Assembly: GCA_019313695.1 (NCBI GenBank)
Contig: JAFDAS010000015.1
Span: 1-57,548 of the forward strand
DNA: 57,548 bases
Source: Deltaproteobacteria bacterium
GTDB lineage: Bacteria; Desulfobacterota; Syntrophia; Syntrophales; UBA2210
Direction of reading: 5' to 3'
Part shown: piece by piece, positions 18,171 to 28,668 of the stretch
Layout: the number at the start of each line of letters is the position of its first letter
How positions within the stretch are numbered: position 1 is the first letter of the stretch
Position numbers and translations under genes: made by a program
Notes under the pieces: generated by a model
Database searches by the model: none
What the model was told of the DNA's origin: nothing
Seen by the model: the letters and a program-made list of their open reading frames with translations, nothing else

Positions 18171-18343
18171 CATTTTCTGAACTTTCGTGCAATCGTACTT
18201 CAATTCATGAAAAATGAAAATAGGAAATTGCATCATAAAATCAAGCACAATTGAACTTCCACCATTGGGTATTTCGTGTTAATAAAGACCAAAAACCAGG
18301 TTGGTAAAATATTGGAAAAAATGGCAACAGCATTCCCCTTCAC

Positions 18344-18386
18344 AAAACAAAAAAGCCCTGCTTCTCTTTTAGAAAAACAGGGCTTT
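18344..18386 (-). terminator. Intrinsic terminator
   Basis: AAAGCCCTG...CAGGGCTTTTTTGTTTT on the minus strand. Confidence 0.7.
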
Positions 18387-18614
18387 AGATGATCAGACCA
18401 TAATCCCACCTTGGTTACAGCTGTTCAAAAGCAAGCATGATGCGTTACAGATCAATAAAACGTGCTAAACCACTAACTCCATTATGATGTCTTGTCAAGA
18501 ACTATTACAGTGAGATTTTCGATCGTAATCGTTGGCCTTCGCCTGAAACGATCTTGAGGAGTTGTAGGTACAAGAGAGAAGATCAGATGGATTGATTCTA
18601 TCGATTATCAGAGT

Positions 18615-19181
18615 TTAATAACATTCCTCGGTAAATATTGGCTCGGTATGCGGCATGACCCACTCGCTTATACTAATATCTATTTTTACCGGTTTTCTGT
18701 CTTCTATCTTCCTGCCATTCCTGATCTTCCTTGTTGATTTCTTTGATGCTAAACTGCGTGCAAAGCGAATCCCTTCATGAAGCACTCTGCCCGCTTTATC
18801 TTCCGCATTCAGGATATATAAATATCGAAGCTGCGAATCACTACCCTCTGATATAATCTCACGCGAATTTTCCCATCGGGAGTAAGTTTCAGGCGTTATA
18901 CTAAGCAATTCCGCCATTTCTTTGCTCTTAAGGCGAAGCTCCTTCCGAAGGAATCTGATTTCTGCCCCTTCCATAAGCTCACCTTTGCAAACCAACTCTT
19001 TGGCGATCAGCAAATGAAGTTCTTTTAGTTCCGGGATCTCCGGCGCTTCTTCACCACACTCCGGACATCTGTATTGTATTATTCCATGCAGATATACGTT
19101 ATCCAGGCCACATTCTCTATAATGATATGGCCTGTCCTTAATAATTTCCAATTTTCCGCCACAACCCCAGCAGAATTCCAT
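18615..19181 (-). CDS. MqsA-like antitoxin (Zn-ribbon + XRE HTH)
   Basis: CWGC...GLDNVYL...CPECGE zinc ribbon, then EIRFLRKELRL...TYSRWEN HTH. Confidence 0.85.
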   Translation of the reverse strand: MEFCWGCGGKLEIIKDRPYHYRECGLDNVYLHGIIQYRCPECGEEAPEIPELKELHLLIAKELVCKGELMEGAEIRFLRKELRLKSKEMAELLSITPETYSRWENSREIISEGSDSQLRYLYILNAEDKAGRVLHEGIRFARSLASKKSTRKIRNGRKIEDRKPVKIDISISEWVMPHTEPIFTEECY

Positions 19182-19216
19182 AGCATTCACCCCTCTTACC
19201 TAACCCTTCCTGTTCC

Positions 19217-19290
19217 TCATACGCCCCCAAGTACAGTGAGGATAAGCATTTTGTCCCTCCTTACTTGGAACTCTACTTTTTGCGAAGCGG
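19217..19290 (-). pseudogene. Probable C-terminal remnant of the cognate (DUF4258/RelE-like) toxin
   Basis: Frame ...KVEFQVRRDKMLILTVLGGV* directly upstream of the antitoxin, cut off at the radC stop. Confidence 0.4.
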
Positions 19291-20028
19291 TTACAGCTCT
19301 CTGATCGCCTTCGTTTCGTACTCTCCGATAAATCCCTTGTCTGCGAAGCTGAAATAGCTGTCATTTCCGATGATGATGTGATCGAAGAAGCTGATGCCCG
19401 TTGCCTTCGCGGCCATCATCAGGCTTCTTGTAAATGCCTTGTCATTTTCACTGGGGGTTGTAGCGCCGGAGGGGTGGTTGTGGGCGACGATGATCGATGG
19501 CGCATTATGCCTGATAGCCGTTTGAATAATATCACGGATATAGGGGTTTGCCCTGTCGACTGTGCCGTAATCAATATCTATCGTATCTGATACGGCGTTT
19601 CTTCCGTCGAGCAATAGCAGAACGAAACGTTCTTTCTTTAAGTCTCTCATCAGCGGCATCAGCAGATTCGCCACATCGGAGGAATGCCTGATCGGATCCG
19701 CGAGTGTCTTTTCCTCGCTCTGCATGCGCCTGCCCAGTTCAATGGCCGCCTTGATCTGCGCGATTTTCGCGTTCTTGAGGCCGTTGATCTTCCTGAATTC
19801 GGAAATATCGACGCTGCTCATCGCGCGGAGCGATTTGAACCTGTGCAACAATTCCCTTCCGATATCGACAGCGCTCCTTCCGGGTGTTCCTGTCCTGATC
19901 AGAATGGCCAGAAGCTCCGCATTACTGAGAGCATGCTCCCCGTATTTGAGCAGTTTCTCCCGGGGTCGGTCATCTTCCGACCACTCACGGATGGGAATTG
20001 GATACTGTACCTTGCTGTCTTTCTTCAT
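19291..20028 (-). CDS. radC: RadC/JAB-domain protein
   Basis: DRPREKL...LSNAELLAI, HhH region, JAMM motif HNHPSG..PS..D, DHIIIG. Confidence 0.95.
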   Translation of the reverse strand: MKKDSKVQYPIPIREWSEDDRPREKLLKYGEHALSNAELLAILIRTGTPGRSAVDIGRELLHRFKSLRAMSSVDISEFRKINGLKNAKIAQIKAAIELGRRMQSEEKTLADPIRHSSDVANLLMPLMRDLKKERFVLLLLDGRNAVSDTIDIDYGTVDRANPYIRDIIQTAIRHNAPSIIVAHNHPSGATTPSENDKAFTRSLMMAAKATGISFFDHIIIGNDSYFSFADKGFIGEYETKAIREL

Positions 20029-20272
20029 GGCGCCGAACGGTCGTGGTTTATTTTACCGCTTCACAACCGATTTTGCGTCAGTTTAATATGAGTACGCTAA
20101 AATATCAATCGCAAAATATATAAATATAGCAGCATGTTGGATTCCGGCAGAATTTTCATATAACAGGATAGTGTATTAGTGAAATCAATGCATGGAGTCG
20201 AATAACGCTGGCTCTGTGCATTACTATTTTCACGGCGGTCAATCCAGACGGCCGTAATTTGGAGAAAGTGAT

Positions 20273-20746
20273 ATGGACAAATTTCCTATAACAAAAACCG
20301 GATTTGAAAGATTAAAAAAAGAGCTGGCCCGCCTGAGAAAGGTCGAAGTGCCGGCAAATATACGGGATATCGAAGAGGCCAGGGAACATGGCGATATCTC
20401 GGAAAACGCCGAATACGCGGCGGCAAAGGAAAGACAGTCATTTATCCAGGGGAAGATCCGGGAGATAGAGAATAATCTTGCCACGTCAAATATTGTCGAC
20501 CTGAAGGATCTGACAGATGACAGGGTTGTTTTCGGGACAACTGTCACAATAGAGGACACCAATACGGAAGAAATAACACGCTATCAACTTGTAGGGCCAT
20601 TTGAATCCGATATGAGCCGGAACCAGATATCCGTCACTTCTCCCATCGGCAGGGCGCTTCTCAGAAAAGAAGTAGGGGATGAGGTTAAGGTCAACACTCC
20701 GGGGGGTGTCAGGGAATTTGAGATCGTTGATATAGTTATAGAATGA
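20273..20746 (+). CDS. greA: Transcription elongation factor GreA
   Basis: AREHGDISENAEY and ISVTSPIGRAL. Confidence 0.96.
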   Translation: MDKFPITKTGFERLKKELARLRKVEVPANIRDIEEAREHGDISENAEYAAAKERQSFIQGKIREIENNLATSNIVDLKDLTDDRVVFGTTVTIEDTNTEEITRYQLVGPFESDMSRNQISVTSPIGRALLRKEVGDEVKVNTPGGVREFEIVDIVIE

Positions 20747-20758
20747 GACGCTGTCTTC

Positions 20759-22160
20759 TTATTCTACCTTCCATGTAGTGGAGGTCGGTGTGTCCTTGAG
20801 GACAATCCCCCTGGCGGCCAGGAGGTCTCTCAATTCATCAGCGCGGCTCCAGTTTTTGGATTCTCTTGCCTTTTTCCTCTCATCAATCAGCCGCTCCACT
20901 TCTTCCATATCCAGGCCCGACTTTCCGGCTTCTCTCTCTTTGTCTTTTTCGAAGTATTCATCAGGATCTTCCAGAAACAGCCCCAGCACCTTGCCCACCT
21001 CCCTGATACGTTCCCTTGCCTCGTTCAGGACAAAAAGCGATTCCCTGGTGGGTGCGGAATTCTTTGAGATGTATCCGTTTACAATACGGACAGTGTCGAA
21101 TATGTAGCCCATGGCCATGGCCGTGTTAAAATCATCATCCATGGCCTCTTTGAATCTGTCGGGAAGTGTACTCACCTTCTTGAACACCTCCCCGTCTTCT
21201 CTGGAAAGATCTTTCTCGGAAGTGTCGGAGAAATCCGCTTTTTTATCAAGCGCATCCTTTATGTTCTTCAGCGTGGCATATAATCTCCCCATGCCCACTC
21301 TTGCCTCGGCGATGGAGGCATCTGAAAAATCTATATAGCTCTTATAGTGACTCTGAAGGATAAAAAATCTCACCACTTCCGGGTGGTAGGCGGTCAATAT
21401 CTCTTTTATGGTAAGGGTGTTCCCGAGAGATTTTGACATCTTCTCGCTGTCGACTTTTATAAAACCATTGTGTATCCAGTAATTTGCAAAGGGTTTCCCC
21501 GTGGCGCCCTCGGACTGGGCTATCTCGTTCTCGTGGTGTGGAAATATCAGGTCCTCACCACCACCATGAATATCAAAAGTATCTCCCAGGAATCTCTGAC
21601 TCATTACGGAACATTCTATATGCCATCCCGGCCTGCCCCTTCCCCATGGACTGTCCCACCAGGGTTCTCCCTCCTTGCTGGACTTCCACAGCACAAAATC
21701 GAAGGGATTCTTCTTCTTTTCATCCACATCGATTCTGGCGCCGGCCAGCATATCATCCAGACCCCTTTTCCATAAGGGTGTCTATAAGCCGGATCATCCC
21801 ATTTATGTTCTCAGTCGCCTTGGGCGCTACCGCAGGTCTGACCACTCCAAGGCGATCCATATCTTCGTTATGTTCCTTTATATATCTTTCCGATATACCG
21901 TATATATCAGTCCCTTCCGCATTCGCCTTCCCGATAATTTTGTCATCAACATCGGTGAAATTCTTTACATAGGTTACTTCGTAGTCTCTGTATCTCAGAT
22001 ATCTGTGAATAACATCGAAGACCACCGCCGACCTGGCATGCCCGATATGGCACACGTCGTACGCCGTGATTCCACAGACATAGATACCTATCTTCCCCTT
22101 TTTTATGGGAACGAATTTCTCTTTCTTCTTTGTCAGCGTATTATACAGTCTCAAGCTCAT
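20759..22160 (-). pseudogene. cysS: Cysteine--tRNA ligase, split by an internal deletion/frameshift at ~21761
   Basis: N part has LYNTLT, CGITAY and HIGH; C part has GRPGWHIECS, FPHHENE and KMSKS. EKG is joined by 1 nt to LDDMLAGAR in another frame; the DVYF/YGKLS segment is missing. Confidence 0.85.
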
Positions 22161-22218
22161 GGTACAATCTTCCAATCCGTGACAGGCAGTCAACTCTCCG
22201 GCAACTGTCGCAGGCCCT

Positions 22219-23256
22219 TTAAGGAAACAGGGATATATGATTCAGGCCGGCGTCCTCCGGAAGTCCACACATAAGGTTCATATTCTGCACCGCCTGGCCG
22301 GCAGCGCCCTTTACCAGGTTGTCTATGGCTGACACGATGATCACCCTTCCTGTACGGCCGTCAACAGCGATTCCCATATCACAGTTGTTGGACCCCCTGA
22401 CCGAAGAAATGTTCGGCAAAGTACCCGGTTTACATATTCTTACAAATTTCTCATCACCGTAGAATTTCTCATAGATATCAAATATCTCAGACTCAGACAT
22501 ATCACTATGAAGGTCCGCGTATATCGTGCTCAGGATCCCCCTGTTTGCCGGCACAAGATGGGGGGTAAAGGAAATTCTTATGGCCGTCTTCGCAATGCGC
22601 CCAAGTTCCTGCTCTATCTCCGGCGTGTGACGGTGTGATCCTATTTTATACGCCTTGAATCCCTCATTCACCTCACAGAAAAGCGAGCCAAGCTGCAGCT
22701 CACGCCCCGCGCCGCTTGCACCCGATTTTGAGTCCGCGATAATCGATGAAGTATTAATGCACCCATCTTTCAACAGAGGCGCAAGTCCCAGGATGATACT
22801 CGTGGGGTAACAACCGGGATTGGCGACAAACCGGGCATTCTTCAGGTCATCCCGGTACAACTCGGGAAGTCCATAGACGGCCTTTTCAACCAGATCGGGA
22901 GCGGCATGTTTTGTATACCATGTCTCGTATACCGATACATCCCTCAGGCGGAAATCGGCGCTGAGATCTATAACCTTTACGCCGGCCGCGACAAATTCCG
23001 GCGCCACCAGCATAGCCTCTCCATGTGGAAGCGCCAGGAACGCAACGTCACAGGAGGACACAAGCTGCCGGGGAGACGAGTCCACAAATTTCAGATCCGT
23101 CATGCCGGCAAATGCCGGATAGACCTCCGAGACCGGCATACCCTTGAATTTCCTCGAAGTGATGGCCATAATATCCGTTTCGGGATGACCGATTAAAAGC
23201 CTTAAAAGCTCCTGACCGGTATACCCGCTTGCCCCGTATATACCCACCTTCAACAT
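22219..23256 (-). CDS. argC: N-acetyl-gamma-glutamyl-phosphate reductase
   Basis: [29 protein letters not shown] and [12 protein letters not shown]. Confidence 0.96.
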   Translation of the reverse strand: MLKVGIYGASGYTGQELLRLLIGHPETDIMAITSRKFKGMPVSEVYPAFAGMTDLKFVDSSPRQLVSSCDVAFLALPHGEAMLVAPEFVAAGVKVIDLSADFRLRDVSVYETWYTKHAAPDLVEKAVYGLPELYRDDLKNARFVANPGCYPTSIILGLAPLLKDGCINTSSIIADSKSGASGAGRELQLGSLFCEVNEGFKAYKIGSHRHTPEIEQELGRIAKTAIRISFTPHLVPANRGILSTIYADLHSDMSESEIFDIYEKFYGDEKFVRICKPGTLPNISSVRGSNNCDMGIAVDGRTGRVIIVSAIDNLVKGAAGQAVQNMNLMCGLPEDAGLNHISLFP

Positions 23257-23271
23257 GACAACTGCCTCCAA

Positions 23272-23298
23272 ATAAAAAAGGGGGCCGTAGCCCCCTCT
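23272..23298 (-). terminator. Terminator after rpsI
   Basis: AGGGGGCTACGGCCCCCTTTTTT. Confidence 0.75.
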
Positions 23299-23312
23299 GT
23301 GTATTGCTGATT

Positions 23313-23705
23313 TTATCTCTTGGAATATTGGAATCTCTTCCTCGCGCCAGGCTGGCCGTATTTCTTTCTCTCTTTTACCCGGGCATCTCTCGTAAGAAAC
23401 CCGGCCTTCTTGAGAACGGGTTTTAATTCTTCATCATAGTCCACGAGGGCCTTGGATATGCCATGCCTGATAGCACCCGCCTGGCCGGTGTTTCCTCCTC
23501 CGTTGACATTGATATAGAAATCAAACTTGTTTGCTTTATCGGTCATATCGAGAGGCTGCAGAATCAATCTCTTTAATATGTCACGGGTAAAGTAATCATC
23601 AAAAGTTCTTTTATTGACTACGAAGGTCCCACTTCCCTCTTTCATCCATACTCTTGCTATCGAAGACTTCCTCTTACCTGTAGCATAACAACTTTTTACT
23701 GACAT
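23313..23705 (-). CDS. rpsI: 30S ribosomal protein S9
   Basis: [12 protein letters not shown] ... ERKKYG...QYSKR. Confidence 0.98.
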   Translation of the reverse strand: MSVKSCYATGKRKSSIARVWMKEGSGTFVVNKRTFDDYFTRDILKRLILQPLDMTDKANKFDFYINVNGGGNTGQAGAIRHGISKALVDYDEELKPVLKKAGFLTRDARVKERKKYGQPGARKRFQYSKR

Positions 23706-23720
23706 TCTTTCTCTCCTGAT

Positions 23721-24149
23721 CTATACTTCCAGCAGCTCGGCCATCTGGGCCTTATGCGGGTGTTTATCACCCTTGTACACTTTAAGCTTCTTCAGCATCT
23801 GTCTTCCCAGACTGTTTTTCGGAAGCATCCCCCTGACGGCGCCGCGCAAAATTTCTTCCGGTTTTTCCTCCAGCATCTTACCGGCTGTCGTTGATTTCAG
23901 CCCCCCCGGATATCCGGTGTGATGATAGTAGATCTTATCGGTAAGCTTTTTGCCCGTAAAGGAAATCTTCTCCGCGTTTACCACAACTATAAAATCCCCG
24001 GTATCAACATGCGGGGTATAGACGGGTTTGTGTTTTCCTCTCAGACGTCTTGCGATCTCGGCGGCAAGCCTTCCCAATACCTTGCCGTCAGCGTTAACAA
24101 AATACCAGTCTCTCACGACAGTTTCTTTTTTGGCACTATATGTCTTCAT
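23721..24149 (-). CDS. rplM: 50S ribosomal protein L13
   Basis: [24 protein letters not shown] and HTGYPGG. Confidence 0.98.
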   Translation of the reverse strand: MKTYSAKKETVVRDWYFVNADGKVLGRLAAEIARRLRGKHKPVYTPHVDTGDFIVVVNAEKISFTGKKLTDKIYYHHTGYPGGLKSTTAGKMLEEKPEEILRGAVRGMLPKNSLGRQMLKKLKVYKGDKHPHKAQMAELLEV

Positions 24150-24182
24150 AAATCCACCTATATCTTAAACTCAAAGAGGGGG

Positions 24183-24211
24183 AGAATATGTAATTAAGAG
24201 GCATTTGTCAA
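24183..24211 (-). promoter_or_regulatory. Sigma70 promoter of rplM-rpsI
   Basis: TTGACA-N17-TATTCT. Confidence 0.75.
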
Positions 24212-26361
24212 GAAAAAATCCGAAAAACTTTTCGACCTGCTAATCGGGTGTCGTCGGGCGAATCGGAATAACTGAGCGCCATACTCCAGCACTGTCTATG
24301 ATAATCTACAGCGTAAGTAGCTTCCAGGGTTTTTTTGTCGAGTAAATCTTTTCTCAGAATATACATCAGGTCAAGGGAATCTGTCGCCTTCCCCTTGAAA
24401 GTGAGATTGATCTCCTCCACTGATTTTTGCGTATACCGGTATTCGGCGATCAGAGAATCACCGCGCGGGTCACTGATATCGAAACGGGAGTTTATTCCTT
24501 TCCATTCACCCGAATTGACGTCGAACTGCGCGTCGGCATCAAGGGAGAGATATTGAAAGGGATCAAAATCAAGCTCCGCGGTAACATTGCCGAATGGTCT
24601 CTTTTCGGTCGTGGGACTACCACGATGTTTCCTCGCTTCTCTGATATCATATGACTGGCTCAATTTCAGCCTGAGGAATTCACTGTAGGTGACACCACCA
24701 CTCTCATCTTTCAGTCGGGCAATCAGTGTGTTGATGAGGGAGTAGGTCACCGTATTTGTCTCCGCTATCTCGCTGAGAAATTTCGGCTTATCATCTTGAT
24801 ATACATATGGGATATACGAGTATGTTACCTCAGGTCTGACACCGTGGCGTATCTTGTCTACGACCTTTCCCCCTACATCGAAGATCCTGTGCGCCTCGCT
24901 GGAGAGGGTCGCCCCAACTGTGTACAGTTCCCGACTGCCGTCCTTGTCCTGATTCCCCGCGATGGGGCCGCTGTATGAGCTTTCCCATGTTGTCTCTCTC
25001 AACCCCATGGATGGCGTGAATTCCAGATAATCACCGAAACTCAGGGGCCACGAAACGATCGGATAGGCATCGAAAACATCCCCCCGGTATCCCGTGGTCC
25101 GGTAATAGTGCCCGTACGATGATGCCAGTTCAAAATCGATGGGGGAATTGAACAGGGGCTGTTTAATACCGGTAAAGGTGATTTCAGGATACTTCTGCAA
25201 TGTATCATCATTGGACCAGCTCTGGAAATTATCCGTATATTCCACAAGGGCGGTCGCGTTAAACAGGCTCCAGTCTTTTACAAGACGAGCCGTTGAGGTC
25301 AGCGCGGTCAGGGCCTTATCGCCATCGAACGAGACACCGTTGAATGTGCGGGTGTCATTCTCTCTGTAATGCGCCATATAATAATTGTACGAATCGAAAT
25401 CCCTGAAATACCACCTGTCCGACACCCTTTTTATATCTGTCTTCAGGTAAAAGCCCGGGCTGAATGTCGTCTCGTGATCCAGATAATACGACCACCTCTT
25501 ATTATTTTCTTTCCAGTCTCTGTGCAGAACGGCAGCCCCTTCGGACTCCGACACATCCATGGTGTCGTTGAGATAATCGCCATACAGTGTGCCATGTGAA
25601 TCCTTACCGATAAGATACCGAAATTCCACTCCCTCCTGGAATCCCCTTTTGTCCATATAGCGCTGATAAAAGGTTGCGTCGGCATTTTCTGAGACCGCCC
25701 AGTAAAAAGGGATACCGACATCCCACCCCAGTTTGTCACGCGAATAGGTGATGCGGGGAAACAGCAGACCCGTCTGCCGGGTAGTCTTGGCAGGGAATAT
25801 CATGTAGGGGAGATAGAGAACGGGAATACCTTTCACCTGGAAGGTCCCGTGCTTAACGGTCCCATACCCGTCGATGGTAACCTCCATTTCGCTGCCGGTA
25901 AACATCCAGTCGGGATCTTCACCGTCACATGTCGTTGCCTGGCCCTTCTTCAGGAAATAGGTCGCGTCGCCCTTTTTCTCAATGGTTTCCCCTCGCAGGT
26001 AAAGGTTGTTTTTGTCGAAAAACACCTTTCCGTCGGATATGACGCCCGTCTCGGTGCCGATATTGAACCGCGCTTTTTCCCCTTCAAGGATATCCTCACC
26101 GCTCTTTATGAATACATTCCCTTCGGCCGTCGCTTCATCTTTCAGCCTGTCCAATATGACATCATCGGCCTTAATGAACCCGCCCTCAAAAGTAATAATG
26201 ACGTTGCCGCTGGCCCGATATGTTTCGGTATCACTGTCATATGCCAGACTATCCGCTTCTATATCCACCCGCTCCGGCATATCCTGCACAGAGGCAAAGG
26301 AAATGTCCCCGCACAGAAACAAAAGCATTAACATGGACAGCAGTATGCACCCTTTTCTCAC
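24208..26361 (-). CDS. lptD: LPS-assembly protein LptD (C-terminus probably truncated)
   Basis: Signal peptide, OstA-like N domain (IEADSL, TTCDG..PDW), beta-barrel, QCW near the end; ORF runs into the rplM -35 box. Confidence 0.85.
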   Translation of the reverse strand: MRKGCILLSMLMLLFLCGDISFASVQDMPERVDIEADSLAYDSDTETYRASGNVIITFEGGFIKADDVILDRLKDEATAEGNVFIKSGEDILEGEKARFNIGTETGVISDGKVFFDKNNLYLRGETIEKKGDATYFLKKGQATTCDGEDPDWMFTGSEMEVTIDGYGTVKHGTFQVKGIPVLYLPYMIFPAKTTRQTGLLFPRITYSRDKLGWDVGIPFYWAVSENADATFYQRYMDKRGFQEGVEFRYLIGKDSHGTLYGDYLNDTMDVSESEGAAVLHRDWKENNKRWSYYLDHETTFSPGFYLKTDIKRVSDRWYFRDFDSYNYYMAHYRENDTRTFNGVSFDGDKALTALTSTARLVKDWSLFNATALVEYTDNFQSWSNDDTLQKYPEITFTGIKQPLFNSPIDFELASSYGHYYRTTGYRGDVFDAYPIVSWPLSFGDYLEFTPSMGLRETTWESSYSGPIAGNQDKDGSRELYTVGATLSSEAHRIFDVGGKVVDKIRHGVRPEVTYSYIPYVYQDDKPKFLSEIAETNTVTYSLINTLIARLKDESGGVTYSEFLRLKLSQSYDIREARKHRGSPTTEKRPFGNVTAELDFDPFQYLSLDADAQFDVNSGEWKGINSRFDISDPRGDSLIAEYRYTQKSVEEINLTFKGKATDSLDLMYILRKDLLDKKTLEATYAVDYHRQCWSMALSYSDSPDDTRLAGRKVFRIFS

Positions 26362-26440
26362 AAAGCATCCCCCGGACAAGATCTTTAACGGCAACAGCTT
26401 GTGTTCACTATCACAAAAACCTGTTTTCCGGAAGGCCAAA

Positions 26441-27685
26441 TCACAGATGTTTTTTTATCTCTCCCACGAGATAGAGTGAACCCGTAACGCACACAAGGTC
26501 GTTCGCACCGGCAAAGGAACAGGCCCTGGCAAGGGCCTCTCTCGGGTCGTCTACGACCTCAACATGACCATGATGCAGCGAAGCGACCGACAATAAATCC
26601 TCTGTCGATGCGGCTCTTTCCTTTTTCGGTCTCGTAAGCACAATTTTATCCGCCAGAGGCATCAGTTTTTTTAACATCCCGACGTAATTCTTGTCGTAAA
26701 GCACACCAAACACTACTATCAATCTCCTGTAAGAAAAGTCTGCCAACAGAGAGCTGCACAGGGATGAAATGCCTGCCGGGTTGTGGGCGCCATCCACGAT
26801 AATCCTGGGGTTATGGGAAACAAGTTCCAATCGCCCCTCCCACCGGGCATCGCTTAATCCCTCGACCACGGATGTATCGCTGATGTCCATACCTTTTGCC
26901 GTCAGAACTTCAACGGCCGCAAGAGCCAGGGCTGCGTTTTCAATCTGGTGCCTGCCGGCAAGAAAAAGCCTGAGGCCATGGTAGCGCTTATTAATTCCAT
27001 AGTAGGAAAAACTTCCCCGCCCGGACCTCCTGACCCTTATATCCCTGCCTGCCCTGTAGAGCACAGCCTTTCTTTGACGGCAAATTTCCTCAAGAGTATC
27101 GATGACTTTGCGTCCTCGGGCAGCCGTTACGCAAACGCCGCCTTCCTTTATGATTCCTCCTTTTTCACCGGCAATTGATTTCAGGTTATTACCCAGATAT
27201 TTCTGATGTTCCATGGAAATATTGGTTATTATGGAGATCTCGGGAGATGCGAGGTTTGTAGCATCGAGTCTCCCCCCCATACCCACTTCAAGAATCGCCA
27301 CATCCACCTTACACAGAGAAAAATACAGAAATGCCAGGGCAGTGCTAAACTCAAAATAAGTAACGTCCTCTTTGATCTCTTCCCTTACCTTATCTATGAG
27401 CGCACAAAGCGTATCCCTCGGGATCATGTGATCATTTACCCTGATTCGTTCTCTGAAATCGCACAGGTGAGGAGATGTATAAAGGCCAACCTTCATGCCT
27501 TCCTGGACTAATATGGAAGAGAGGATCGCCGCTGTGGATCCCTTGCCATTGGTGCCCCCTACCAGAATCGTTTTATATTCATTCTGGGGACTTCCAAGAC
27601 GGTCGAGAAGCCTGGAGATGGGGCCAAGGCCCAGATTTATTCCCTTTTGTTTCAATCCTTCCAGATACGAGAGAGGATTCCGCAT
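26441..27685 (-). CDS. folC: Folylpolyglutamate synthase / dihydrofolate synthase
   Basis: GTNGKGS, YTSPHL, EVGMGGRLDATN, DGAHNP and TGSLYLVG. Confidence 0.96.
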   Translation of the reverse strand: MRNPLSYLEGLKQKGINLGLGPISRLLDRLGSPQNEYKTILVGGTNGKGSTAAILSSILVQEGMKVGLYTSPHLCDFRERIRVNDHMIPRDTLCALIDKVREEIKEDVTYFEFSTALAFLYFSLCKVDVAILEVGMGGRLDATNLASPEISIITNISMEHQKYLGNNLKSIAGEKGGIIKEGGVCVTAARGRKVIDTLEEICRQRKAVLYRAGRDIRVRRSGRGSFSYYGINKRYHGLRLFLAGRHQIENAALALAAVEVLTAKGMDISDTSVVEGLSDARWEGRLELVSHNPRIIVDGAHNPAGISSLCSSLLADFSYRRLIVVFGVLYDKNYVGMLKKLMPLADKIVLTRPKKERAASTEDLLSVASLHHGHVEVVDDPREALARACSFAGANDLVCVTGSLYLVGEIKKHL

Positions 27686-27700
27686 GCGCATACTCCAAAC

Positions 27701-27738
27701 AAAAAGGCCACGGGATCTATACCACAACCCATGGCCTT
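27701..27738 (-). terminator. Terminator-like hairpin immediately before folC
   Basis: AAGGCCATGGG...CCCGTGGCCTTTTT. Confidence 0.6.
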
Positions 27739-27820
27739 CAAAACTTCTTATCGCATAGATCAATCACCAAGGATTCAATCCATGTCTGATCAAAAAACGT
27801 TCTTCTTGACAGAATCAGAA

Positions 27821-28081
27821 TTACTCCGGAATAACCTTGAACATCTCATCTCCGGGGCGAACACGGTCAGAAACCCTGATACCTATGTAATCGCCCGCCG
27901 TTGCCTTTTCTATCTGTTTATTATCAATTTCCATTGAGTCAATTCTGTCTTCAAAATCCGTGGTATGGCCGGTAAATTTGACCGTATCACCTGCCAGCAA
28001 TTCTCCCGACGTAATCTTGACCGCCGCGACACTGGGTTTCGCAAAAAACTTCATCACCTCGCCAATTTTCTCTTCTCCCAT
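27821..28081 (-). CDS. Small translation-elongation-factor-like beta-barrel protein
   Basis: IGEV..FFAKPSVAAV, GHTTDF, SMEID, GIRV..RVRPGD; AAGGAGG RBS. Confidence 0.8.
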   Translation of the reverse strand: MGEEKIGEVMKFFAKPSVAAVKITSGELLAGDTVKFTGHTTDFEDRIDSMEIDNKQIEKATAGDYIGIRVSDRVRPGDEMFKVIPE

Positions 28082-28183
28082 GACTCACAACCTCCTTGCC
28101 ACCGTCCAAAAAACTGTATAAAAAGATTGCTATTGAAAATAACTGAAGTGATTATAACCCTTCCCACGAAAAAATCAAGAAAT

Positions 28184-28211
28184 AAAAAAGGCAGGGTGAT
28201 TCCCTGCCTTT
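28184..28211 (-). terminator. Terminator of the alpha operon
   Basis: AAAGGCAGGGAATCACCCTGCCTTTTTT. Confidence 0.8.
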
Positions 28212-28233
28212 GAATGGTCATATTATATTGTCT

Positions 28234-28647
28234 CTAATTGGCGGCTTTTTCCTTCTTTATACTTTTTTTCTTTTTTGCACTTTTTTTCTTCTCTTCCGGC
28301 ATCAATTCTATCATGGAAAGCAGAGCATTGTCGCCATTTCTGTTGCCTATTTTAATCACCCGTGTATAACCCCCTGCTCTTTCAGTGTAACGGGATGATA
28401 ATTCCTCAAACACCTTTTTCGTAACTCTATTATCCCTTATAAAAGACAGTGCCTGCCTTCTTGCATGGAGCGTTCCCCTTTTGCCCAGGGTTATCATCTT
28501 ATCGGCAACACCTCTCAATTCCTTGGCCTTCGCATCGGTTGTGGTGACTTTTTCATGTTCCAGGAGAGAGGTTACCAGATTTCTCATCATGGCCTTCCTG
28601 TGACTTGATGTCCTCCCAAGCTTTCTTCCGGCTTTCCTGTGACGCAT
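28234..28647 (-). CDS. rplQ: 50S ribosomal protein L17
   Basis: [17 protein letters not shown] and GGYTRVIK. Confidence 0.98.
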   Translation of the reverse strand: MRHRKAGRKLGRTSSHRKAMMRNLVTSLLEHEKVTTTDAKAKELRGVADKMITLGKRGTLHARRQALSFIRDNRVTKKVFEELSSRYTERAGGYTRVIKIGNRNGDNALLSMIELMPEEKKKSAKKKKSIKKEKAAN

Positions 28648-28668
28648 TGAGTATTACCCCTTTAACTG

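Noticed and set aside
21753-21755. Selenocysteine read-through or programmed frameshift rescuing cysS
   Set aside because: The downstream half is in another frame and a conserved segment is physically missing, so recoding cannot restore it.
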